Positions 55,878-64,000 of a stretch of 64,000 bases of DNA are shown here, one piece after another. The stretch's first letter is position 1, and each line of letters starts with the position of its first letter. The position numbers and the translations under genes are program-made. The notes below the pieces were generated by a model. That model was not told where the DNA came from, did not search any database, and saw only the letters and a list, made by a program, of their open reading frames with translations. Source of the stretch: Syntrophales bacterium. Lineage in GTDB: Bacteria; Desulfobacterota; Syntrophia; Syntrophales; UBA8958. The stretch covers positions 1,906 through 65,905 of the forward strand of contig DAOTJR010000012.1 of assembly GCA_035448805.1 (NCBI GenBank). Direction: 5' to 3'.

Positions 55878-57391
55878 ATTTCTCGAAGGAGGATATTGAA
55901 CAGATATACCGTGAAGGGCTTACGCCGGAGATGGTAACCGAGCAGATCGGCCTGTTTGTCCGGGGGATAAGATATGTGGAACTGCAAGGTCCCTGTTCCG
56001 TGGCGGATGGGGTGGAGATAATCGCACCGGGAGAAGAAGACATCCTGCGGGCCCGTTATGAACGTGCCGCCGCGGCCGGGAGAATGATGAAATTCGTTCC
56101 CGCTTCCGGTGCCGCCAGTCGCATGTTCAAAGAATGGTTCCGGGTTCTGGATGAACCCTGGGCAGAGAACGATCCCGCGGCGACGGCCTTTGTCGCGGAC
56201 CTCCCGCGATATCCCTTTTATGAGGAGCTTTGCGCGATCGTTGCCCGGAAAGGCGGGGATGTGGATGACCTCCGGCGGGCAAAACGCTGCGGGGACCTGC
56301 TGACATATATCCTTACCGCGCATGGTCTCGGCTACGGACAATTACCGAAGGCACTGTTGAAGTTCCACAGATACCCAGGGGGCAGCCGGACGGCCCTGGA
56401 GGAGCATCTTGTGGAGGCGGCCCTTTACACCACCGACGCCCGGCGTATCAGCAGGATCCATCTTACCGTCTCGCCGGAACATCGGCAACCGGTGGGGGAT
56501 TTTTTACGGGAAATTCGTCCGCGCTACGAGGGGATCTTCGGGGTGCAATACGAAATCGGCTTATCCTGTCAGGAAACCGCCACCAATACCATCGCCGTGG
56601 ATATGGAGAACCGGCCTTTTCGCATGGAAGACGGACGTCTCCATTTCCGGCCCGGGGGGCACGGTGCCTTACTCAAAAACCTGAACGCCCTCGACGGGGA
56701 TATCGTTTTCGTTAAGAATATCGACAATGTCGCCCCCGATCGGGATAAAGGGATCATGGTGCGTTACAAGCAGGCCCTGGCGGGATTGCTTCTGGAAAGG
56801 CAGGAAATCGCCTTTCAATATCTGGAGATTCTGGCTGCGGATCGCGGCGATGAAGAAACCTGGACCGCCATCGATCTATTCTGCCGGGAAAAGTTGCACA
56901 TCGTCTTTCCCGACGACTATCCCCGATGGTCGCTGATGAGAAAGAAAGATGTCTGGCGTAAGAAAATTTCCCGGCCCCTCCGGGTGTGCGGCGTCGTCCG
57001 CAATGAAGGTGAACCGGGGGGAGGTCCTTTCTGGGTGCGTGAGGACGACGGCAGCCGGTCGCTCCAAATCGTCGAGGAAGCGCAGGTGGATCCCCGGTCG
57101 GCGGCGCAACAGGAGATCTGGCGCCGTGCCACCCATTTCAATCCCGTCGATCTCGTCTGCGGGATCAGGGATTTCCGGGGCCGGAAGTTCGATCTGGAGA
57201 AATTTGTCGACCCACGGGCCGTTTCGATATCCCGAAAATCGGAGAAAGGAAGGGATCTGCAGGCTCTGGAGCTTCCCGGTCTTTGGAACGGCTCCATGTC
57301 GGACTGGAACACCATCTTCGTGGAGGTTCCCATTGCCACCTTTACGCCGGTCAAGACCGTCGCCGACCTGCTGCGGCCTCAGCACCGCTGA
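55874..57391 (+). CDS. DUF4301 family protein
   Basis: KFVPASGAASRMFK, EEHLVEAALY, FRPGGHGALLKNL, IKNIDNV-like VKNIDNV, GEPGGGPFWV, HFNPVDLVC, ELPGLWNGSM. Confidence 0.9.
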   Translation: MNFSKEDIEQIYREGLTPEMVTEQIGLFVRGIRYVELQGPCSVADGVEIIAPGEEDILRARYERAAAAGRMMKFVPASGAASRMFKEWFRVLDEPWAENDPAATAFVADLPRYPFYEELCAIVARKGGDVDDLRRAKRCGDLLTYILTAHGLGYGQLPKALLKFHRYPGGSRTALEEHLVEAALYTTDARRISRIHLTVSPEHRQPVGDFLREIRPRYEGIFGVQYEIGLSCQETATNTIAVDMENRPFRMEDGRLHFRPGGHGALLKNLNALDGDIVFVKNIDNVAPDRDKGIMVRYKQALAGLLLERQEIAFQYLEILAADRGDEETWTAIDLFCREKLHIVFPDDYPRWSLMRKKDVWRKKISRPLRVCGVVRNEGEPGGGPFWVREDDGSRSLQIVEEAQVDPRSAAQQEIWRRATHFNPVDLVCGIRDFRGRKFDLEKFVDPRAVSISRKSEKGRDLQALELPGLWNGSMSDWNTIFVEVPIATFTPVKTVADLLRPQHR

Positions 57392-57599
57392 AGACGATGA
57401 CCCCCCCGCGGTTTCCATGTTCATCTTTCTTGGTGCCCCCAGCGGGCCCCAAGGATCTTTGCTATGAAAATAAACCGGGGTGATTTCCATAAACCATTTT
57501 CGTCCTTCGCGGGTGCCGCCCCGGCATGAAATTTTATCTGGAATAACGGAACAACAACCTATATTCACGTATCGTTGTTTCCGTCTGCAGGCGTGATGG

Positions 57600-59096
57600 T
57601 CAGTAAGACTTGCGCGGTTCACTTGCCGGGCTGTTGCGGCCGTCTTTCTTCAGGGCATCGATTTCCCTTTGGATCTCCCCGGCTTCCCAGCCACCGGCCG
57701 GAACGTGTTTGAGGGCGGCCTGGAAATGAAACAAGGCGCTCTCCCGGCGGTTCTTCATCTTGAAATACCGTCCGAAGTAGTAATGCGATTCGTAGGGATG
57801 ATCGTTCTGACCGTAGATCATTGCCATGTTGTAAAAAACCTCTTCGTCGTCCACGTTTTTTTGCGCGATTTCCCGGAACAGGGCGAGGGCTTCGCCCTTT
57901 CTGCCGAGCGCTTCATAGGAACGGGCCAGATAGAGCATCGCGACCACATTGTCCGGGTCGTATTTTATCGCCTCCTGGAGATTGGTGATCGCGGCATTTA
58001 TCTCCCCCGCCTTGAAACAGGCGATACCAAATTCTCTCCGGATGTCCGGATCATGGGGGGACAGGGATTGTGCCTTTATAAAGGTTTGCATCGCCTCGTT
58101 GTTTAGCCCCAGTCTTTCCTGGGTTACCGCCAGGCCGAAAAGATCATCCGCATCCTGAGGGTTTTTCTTGAGATTGTCCTGGAAATGCTTGAGGTTCCTC
58201 TGGTGATCGTTGCCCTGCAAAACCAGGAGGGTCTGGATCTTTTTCAGATTGCCGACGATAGCTTCCCGGCCGCGCCAAGTGTAGGTCGTCTGCAGCATGG
58301 CATCGAGATAGCGGATCCGGTCGTCCGTTCCGGGATGGGTAAGAAAATAAGACGGGATAGAATTTGAGTAGTATTCGTAACGGCGCAGGATCTTTAAAAA
58401 ATCCAGTGCCGATTTGCCGTCGTAACCGGCTGCGACGAGATAACTCAAGCCGAGACGGTCCGCCTCCTCTTCGTGATCGCGACTGTATTTCAGGTTCATG
58501 GATTGCATGGCCGCAAGCGGGAAAGCCATGGCGGCGGCACCCAGGTCGCTGCCGACGCCGAGGAAGGCGCCGGCCAGGACGGCCGCGAGGGCCGCAATGT
58601 TCAGTTTGCGGGATTTCTCGATGCTGTCGGCGATGTGCCGGGCATTGACGTGGGCGATTTCATGGGCCAGGACACTGGCCAGTTCGCTTTCTGTATCGAC
58701 CAGCGTCAGCAGACCCTGATTGACATAAACATACCCGCCGGGGGTGGCGAAGGCATTGACCGCCGAGCTTTTGATAACAGAAAAGCGATAATCGTAAGGG
58801 AGTTTCTGGCTGTTCGAAAGCACCCTGTTCCCCACGGCGGCGAGGTAGGCGGCGGTCCGCTGGTCATGAAGGATGAACTTATGTTTTTCGAGGTTGTCGT
58901 AAAACTCTTTACCCAACTTCTTTTCGTCTTCGAGGGTGAAAGCCCCGGATGCCGGGGTGAGCCCGGAGAGCAGAAAAAACATCACCCCGAGGATGGCGGC
59001 GAGGCACCGGGGCCACGGTTTCCCGGCATGGACCCTCCGAGATCCGGTCCCGGCGCAGGAAGCTTTTTTTGCGGACGATAGCGGCATATGTTCCAT
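57600..59096 (-). CDS. bepA: M48 family Zn metalloprotease with TPR repeats (BepA/YfgC-like)
   Basis: VNAFATPGG, VLAHEIAH (HExxH), YSRDHEEEAD, FLTHP, C-terminal TPRs; exact start uncertain. Confidence 0.9.
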   Translation of the reverse strand: MEHMPLSSAKKASCAGTGSRRVHAGKPWPRCLAAILGVMFFLLSGLTPASGAFTLEDEKKLGKEFYDNLEKHKFILHDQRTAAYLAAVGNRVLSNSQKLPYDYRFSVIKSSAVNAFATPGGYVYVNQGLLTLVDTESELASVLAHEIAHVNARHIADSIEKSRKLNIAALAAVLAGAFLGVGSDLGAAAMAFPLAAMQSMNLKYSRDHEEEADRLGLSYLVAAGYDGKSALDFLKILRRYEYYSNSIPSYFLTHPGTDDRIRYLDAMLQTTYTWRGREAIVGNLKKIQTLLVLQGNDHQRNLKHFQDNLKKNPQDADDLFGLAVTQERLGLNNEAMQTFIKAQSLSPHDPDIRREFGIACFKAGEINAAITNLQEAIKYDPDNVVAMLYLARSYEALGRKGEALALFREIAQKNVDDEEVFYNMAMIYGQNDHPYESHYYFGRYFKMKNRRESALFHFQAALKHVPAGGWEAGEIQREIDALKKDGRNSPASEPRKSY

Positions 59097-59176
59097 ATTT
59101 GCCATTTTACACAAATTTCGAAGATTATCAAGATGAGGTTCCGTATCGACTTTTCGGACCGGTATATACTGTTGAG

Positions 59177-59686
59177 ATGGTGTCACGGTTGTGTTATGAG
59201 GGGCAATCGGTAAAAGGAGCAGCAAAACTGAGTGCACGACGCCCATCCCCGGGGAGGGCGGGAGCACGCTACGCCGTTTTTTATCTCCTTCCGGTTTTTC
59301 TTTACGGCGTCGTTGTCTTCCACCTTTCCTCCCTCAGCCGCTTTCCCGAGCAGATGCCCTCTTTCTGGGGCCTCGACAAGGTTCTGCACTTTGGAGAGTA
59401 TTATCTTTTCGGCTATCTGATCCGGCGCTGTTTTCCCCCGGAGGGGGACGGAAAGGCCCGGCAATGGAAGGCCGTTGCCGGAACGGTGACGGTAGGTATG
59501 CTCTATGCTTTGAGCGATGAACTGCACCAGGCCTTTGTTCCCGGGAGAGATTCCTCTTATGGGGATTTCCTTTTCGATGCGGCCGGGGTTATATGCGCCG
59601 CCTTCACCTTCACGGGCGTCCGCCGCCGGTGGGAGGCCTTGAGGCGGTGGGAAGAGAGGTTGGAAAGAATGGTGACCGGGTTATGA
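59177..59686 (+). CDS. VanZ family membrane protein (start uncertain)
   Basis: DKVLHFGEY, YALSDELHQAFVPGR, DFLFDAAG. Confidence 0.85.
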   Translation: MVSRLCYEGQSVKGAAKLSARRPSPGRAGARYAVFYLLPVFLYGVVVFHLSSLSRFPEQMPSFWGLDKVLHFGEYYLFGYLIRRCFPPEGDGKARQWKAVAGTVTVGMLYALSDELHQAFVPGRDSSYGDFLFDAAGVICAAFTFTGVRRRWEALRRWEERLERMVTGL

Positions 59687-60369
59687 GGAAAGATAAATTG
59701 GTAGTTGTTATCGACGGGCCGGCCGGGTCGGGAAAAAGCACGGTCGGTAAGTTACTGGCGCAGCGCCTTGGTTATCACTATCTCGATACGGGGGCTCTTT
59801 ACCGGGCCGTCGCCTACGCAATCGGAAGGGACGGCATCGACGAGGATGAAAAAGAAATAGGGGCTTACCTGCAGGATTTGGACATCGAACTGGAAAAATC
59901 GACGTCCGGGATGCGTGTCAGGGTCAACGGCGAAGACGTGACCGAACGTCTGCGCACGGAGGAGGTAGCGCTGCGGGCTTCCCGGATTTCGGCCCTGAGG
60001 GTGGTCCGGGAAAAGCTTTTGCCGGTACAGAGAGCGGCGGGCGGCACCGGCGGGATTGTCGCCGAGGGAAGGGATATGGCGACGGTCGTCTTTCCCCGGG
60101 CGGAGATCAAGATCTTTCTCGATGCCGCGGAAGAGGAGCGGGTGAAAAGGCGCCATGCCGAGTTGGCGGCCCGGGATCCCGGCATGGACTACGAAAAGGT
60201 TGCCGCCGGCCTGCAGCGCCGTGATCGGCAGGATCGGACCAGGGCGGTGGCCCCGCTCCAACCCGATCCGGCGGCCATTCATATCGATACGACAAGGATG
60301 ACGGCCGTCGAGGTTGTCGAAACCGTTGCCGCGGTCATTAATCGTCATCTTTCCCGTGAATTCGCTTGA
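59683..60369 (+). CDS. cmk: Cytidylate kinase
   Basis: IDGPAGSGKST, LDTGALYRA, VAEGRDM, RDRQD..R; upstream of rpsA. Confidence 0.97.
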   Translation: MRKDKLVVVIDGPAGSGKSTVGKLLAQRLGYHYLDTGALYRAVAYAIGRDGIDEDEKEIGAYLQDLDIELEKSTSGMRVRVNGEDVTERLRTEEVALRASRISALRVVREKLLPVQRAAGGTGGIVAEGRDMATVVFPRAEIKIFLDAAEEERVKRRHAELAARDPGMDYEKVAAGLQRRDRQDRTRAVAPLQPDPAAIHIDTTRMTAVEVVETVAAVINRHLSREFA

Positions 60370-60443
60370 TCTTTTATATCCAGTGTGTTAGTGCACCTCC
60401 ACATAGCGGCGGTATATTCAAAAATTTAGGGGGTATAGAGTTA

Positions 60444-62213
60444 ATGGTAAACGGCAGTGATGTAAATGAAACATCCCAAACTCAAGAGGTGAAAAGTGAA
60501 GTGCCCGTAAACAAGGCAGAAGAGGACAAGGCGGCCGGCAGGGAAGAAGACATGGGATTCCGGGAATTGTACGAACAATCCCTCCAAACCCTGCAGTTGG
60601 GAGAAGTCGTCGAAGGCAAGGTTATCCAGATCAACCCGGACACGGTTATGGTCGATGTGGGCTGGAAGACCGAAGGATACATCCCCGCCAAGGAGTTGCG
60701 GGATGACGAAGGCAATATTTCTCTCGCGGTCGGCGATCTTGTGGAGGTACTCGTGGATCGCCGGGACGGCGACGGCAATCTGGTTTTATCAAAAGACAAG
60801 GCGACCCGCCTGAAGATCTGGGACGAGGTCAAATATGCCTTTGAAAATAATACGACGATGAACGGAACGATCGTCGAGAGGGTAAAGGGCGGACTGTCGG
60901 TGGACATCGGCATCCCGGCGTTCCTGCCCGGTTCGCAGGTGGACATCCGGCCGATTCGGGACCTCGATCAGTTCGTGGGTCAGAAGCTTGCCTTCAATAT
61001 CATCAAGTACGATCGCAAGCGCAATAATGTTGTCCTGTCGCGACGCGCCATCCTGGAAAAGCAGCGGGAGGAGGAAAAACGCGCCACCCTCGAAAACATC
61101 CAGGAAGGCAAGATCGTCGAGGGGGTCATCAAGAATATCACCGATTACGGCATCTTTATCGATTTAGGCGGCATCGATGGTCTCCTGCACATCACCGACA
61201 TATCCTGGGGGAGAATCTCCCGTCCGGCAGACAATTTCAGCAAGGGCCAGAAGCTCCAGGTGAAGGTGCTGTCCTTCGACAGGGAGCGGGAACGTGTGGC
61301 CCTGGGGCTGAAGCAGTTGACGGACAACCCCTGGGAAACCATCCATGAGAAATACCCTGTGGGAGCGATCGTCCCCGGGCGGGTGGTGAATCTTACCGAT
61401 TACGGCGCCTTTGTGGAACTGGAGCCCGGGGTGGAAGGTCTTGTCCATATTTCGGAGATGTTCTGGACCCGGGAAATAAGACATCCCGCCAAGGTGTTGT
61501 CCCCGGGGCAGGAGGTGCAGGTGATGGTGCTGGAGGTGAAAACCGAAGAAAAGCGGATTTCCCTCGGCCTCAAGCAGACCATGTCCAATCCCTGGGAAAC
61601 CATGAAAGAGAAATATCCCGTGGGGACAGTCATCAGAGGCGTAGTCAGGAACATCACGAATTTCGGCGTCTTTGTGGGAATCGAAGACGGTATCGACGGC
61701 CTGATTCACCTTTCGGACATCTCCTGGACCCAGAAGGTCAAGCACCCGGCGGATGTTTTCAAAAAGGGCCAGGAAATCGAGGCGATGGTCTTGAATGTGG
61801 ATGTGGAGAACGAGAAGTTCTCCCTGGGGGTCAAACAGATCGAGAAGAACCCCTGGGAGGAATTTACTTCCAAATACGGTATCGGCGCCACCGTCTCGGG
61901 CAAGGTAACCAATATTACCGATTTCGGCATCTTTGTGGAGATCGAGGAAGGTATCGAAGGTCTGGTGCATATCTCCGAACTGAGCCAGAAGCGCGTCAAA
62001 TCGGCGGCGGAGATCTTTGCCGTGGGTGACGAGGTGACGGCGACCATAAAGAGTATCGACTCCAAAAGCCGGAAGATCCGCTTGAGCATCAAGGACTATG
62101 AGGCGGCGGCGGAAGGGCCGACGGTCCATCAGTACCTGAACAACCGCGAGAACATCGGTTCCAGTCTCGGCAAGGCATTGGCGGAGGCGCGGATACTGGA
62201 TTCGGACGGCTGA
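60444..62213 (+). CDS. rpsA: 30S ribosomal protein S1
   Basis: Repeated S1 domains: AFLPGSQVD, DGLLHITDISW, EGLVHISEM, DGLIHLSDISW, EGLVHISEL. Confidence 0.99.
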   Translation: MVNGSDVNETSQTQEVKSEVPVNKAEEDKAAGREEDMGFRELYEQSLQTLQLGEVVEGKVIQINPDTVMVDVGWKTEGYIPAKELRDDEGNISLAVGDLVEVLVDRRDGDGNLVLSKDKATRLKIWDEVKYAFENNTTMNGTIVERVKGGLSVDIGIPAFLPGSQVDIRPIRDLDQFVGQKLAFNIIKYDRKRNNVVLSRRAILEKQREEEKRATLENIQEGKIVEGVIKNITDYGIFIDLGGIDGLLHITDISWGRISRPADNFSKGQKLQVKVLSFDRERERVALGLKQLTDNPWETIHEKYPVGAIVPGRVVNLTDYGAFVELEPGVEGLVHISEMFWTREIRHPAKVLSPGQEVQVMVLEVKTEEKRISLGLKQTMSNPWETMKEKYPVGTVIRGVVRNITNFGVFVGIEDGIDGLIHLSDISWTQKVKHPADVFKKGQEIEAMVLNVDVENEKFSLGVKQIEKNPWEEFTSKYGIGATVSGKVTNITDFGIFVEIEEGIEGLVHISELSQKRVKSAAEIFAVGDEVTATIKSIDSKSRKIRLSIKDYEAAAEGPTVHQYLNNRENIGSSLGKALAEARILDSDG

Positions 62214-62226
62214 AAAGCCGTAAAGC

Positions 62227-63114
62227 ATGCGCAGACATCCCATCCTGTATGCCATCGTGATCCTGGCCCTGATTACGGCGCTCTTTGCCGCGGTAGTTTT
62301 CGGTATCGGCGCCTTGACGGGAAGTCACAAATCCCTGCTGCCGACGGAAAGGGTGGCGGTGGTCGTTGTGGAAGGGGTTATCACCGGAAGCCGGGAGACG
62401 GTCGAGCAGTGTGAGGAAATAGCCCGTGATGATTCGGTCCGGGCTGTTGTCCTGCGGATCGACAGCCCCGGCGGGGCCGTAGCGCCTTCCCAGGAGATCT
62501 ATGGGGCCGTCCGGGACTTGCGGAAAAAGAAAAAGGTTGTTGCTTCTTTCGGGTCCGTAGGGGCTTCCGGCGGTTATCTGATTGCCTGTGGCGCCGACCG
62601 GATCGTCGCCAATCCCGGTTCGATCACGGGGAGTATCTCCACGGTTATGCACCTGGTCAACACCCAGGAACTCCTAAGCAAGATCGGCGTGAAATCGTCG
62701 GTGATCAAAAGCGGCAAATTCAAGGACATCGGTTCCCCCACCCGGGAAATCACCCCGGAAGAACGGGACCTCCTCCAGGGCGTGATCGATGACATGAACG
62801 AACATTTTTTGGAGGTAATCGCCCAGGAACGAAAACTGTCCCGGAACAAATTACAAGCCATAGCCGACGGCAGAATTTTTTCCGGCCGTCAGGCCCGTCA
62901 GATCGGATTGGTGGATGATTTGGGGGATTTCAATTACGCCGTGCAGCTTGCAGGAAGCCTGGCCGGCATGAAGGGCAAACCGGAAGTCATCTATACGGCC
63001 AAGAAAAAGTCTTTTTGGGAGATCGTTTTCAAAAGCGGTCTGTCCGCCCTGCTGACGGAGTGGCAGCGTCAGGAAGCAGCACCGGCGGCGGGGGCTTACC
63101 ATCTTTACGAGTAG
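62227..63114 (+). CDS. sppA: Signal peptide peptidase SppA (36K type)
   Basis: RIDSPGG, GASGGY, GSITGSI, SGKFKD, ADGRIFSG. Confidence 0.95.
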   Translation: MRRHPILYAIVILALITALFAAVVFGIGALTGSHKSLLPTERVAVVVVEGVITGSRETVEQCEEIARDDSVRAVVLRIDSPGGAVAPSQEIYGAVRDLRKKKKVVASFGSVGASGGYLIACGADRIVANPGSITGSISTVMHLVNTQELLSKIGVKSSVIKSGKFKDIGSPTREITPEERDLLQGVIDDMNEHFLEVIAQERKLSRNKLQAIADGRIFSGRQARQIGLVDDLGDFNYAVQLAGSLAGMKGKPEVIYTAKKKSFWEIVFKSGLSALLTEWQRQEAAPAAGAYHLYE

Positions 63115-63120
63115 ACAATC

Positions 63121-63411
63121 ATGACGAAGCGAGAATTGGTGGCCAGGGTGCAGGCCGAGTTTACCGGTTATCGGGCCGGGGATATAGAGTTTGCGGTCTA
63201 TCGGATCTTTGGGGCCATGAAAGAGGCCCTGGTTAGGGGTGAACGGATCGATATCCGTGATTTCGGGGCCTTCTTGGTGAAAAACAGACCGGCCCGGAAG
63301 GCGAGAAATCCCAAGACGGCGATAACCGTCGACCTACAGGAACGGCGGGTTCCGCTCTTCCGGGTGGGAAAGGAACTGAAAGAACGGGTGGCAGGGAAGG
63401 AGCATGTATAA
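63121..63411 (+). CDS. ihfB: Integration host factor beta subunit / HU family
   Basis: MTKRELV, IDIRDFGAF, ARNPKT, VPLFRVGKELKERV; follows rpsA-sppA. Confidence 0.88.
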   Translation: MTKRELVARVQAEFTGYRAGDIEFAVYRIFGAMKEALVRGERIDIRDFGAFLVKNRPARKARNPKTAITVDLQERRVPLFRVGKELKERVAGKEHV

Positions 63412-64000
63412 TACGATTCTCGTTGAGAAAAGACCAGGGTACGCCATGGTTACCATGAACCGTCCCCGGGAGATGAATGCCCTTTCCCGGGAGATGCGCA
63501 CCGAACTTTACGCCGTCCTAAACGAGCTGGAAAACGATGACGATGTCCGGGCCCTGATCATTACGGGCGGCGAATATGTGTTTTCCGCCGGCATGGACAT
63601 CAAGGAGATGGCGGCCCTTGCCGACGACAAAATAGCGGATTATTTTCAATCCATTCTGAAGTACCTGGCCCGGATCTATACATACGCCAAACCCGTTATC
63701 GCGGCGGTAGGGGGCATCGCCCTCGGGGGAGGCTTCAATATCGCCACGGTATGCGATTTGATCATCGCTTCGGAGAGCGCCATTTTCGGCCATCCGGAGT
63801 TGAAATTCGGTCTGAACCCCCTTTTCAGCCCCCTGAGAAATCTCGTCGGTTTGGCCAAGGCCAAGGAAATCAGCATGCTGGGTGAGCCCATCGGGGCCCG
63901 GGAGGCGTTACGGATCGGACTCGTCAACAAGGTGGCGACCCCGGAAAGATTCATGGATGAGGCCGTCGCCATGGCCGAAGGGCTGGCGGCACGTTCGGGA
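63404..64000 (+). CDS. Enoyl-CoA hydratase/isomerase (crotonase) family protein, truncated by the window edge; not in ORF track
   Basis: MNRP..MNAL, FSAGMDIKE, KPVIAAVGG.ALGGG, FGHPELKFGL, ALRIGLVNKV. Confidence 0.93.
   Translation, partial: MYNTILVEKRPGYAMVTMNRPREMNALSREMRTELYAVLNELENDDDVRALIITGGEYVFSAGMDIKEMAALADDKIADYFQSILKYLARIYTYAKPVIAAVGGIALGGGFNIATVCDLIIASESAIFGHPELKFGLNPLFSPLRNLVGLAKAKEISMLGEPIGAREALRIGLVNKVATPERFMDEAVAMAEGLAARSG

Overview
A 64 kb chromosomal window, mostly GC-rich with AT-rich intergenic stretches. Gene content suggests an anaerobic Deltaproteobacterium, most plausibly a Syntrophales-like syntrophic fatty-acid degrader (inference, from the many acyl-CoA enzymes). 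Most of the window is housekeeping: tig-clpP-clpX-lon, corC-lnt-prfB (with the +1 frameshift site), mltD, a PMM/PGM, purB, nadB, tsaD, rsmA, an RND efflux operon, bepA, cmk-rpsA-sppA-ihfB and four tRNAs (Leu-TAG, Val-TAC, Asp-GTC, Met-CAT). I found no rRNA, transposase, integrase, phage or cas genes. The most notable locus is 39.1-45.6 kb. It appears to hold all four core genes of the actinobacterial 3-O-methylmannose polysaccharide (MMP) pathway (ManT-, 3-O-methyltransferase-, MmpH- and MeT1-like), plus a hexapeptide acyltransferase and a B12-dependent radical SAM enzyme, next to acyl-CoA handling genes. Second, two CoA-transferase/GNAT fusion proteins both lack the catalytic Glu that two stand-alone CoA-transferases in the window retain, which suggests acyl-CoA-sensing protein acyltransferases. 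There are also several small ORFs below the 60-aa track cutoff with good translation signals, and an orphan 37-bp repeat pair. All family assignments come from motif recognition and memory, not database searches.
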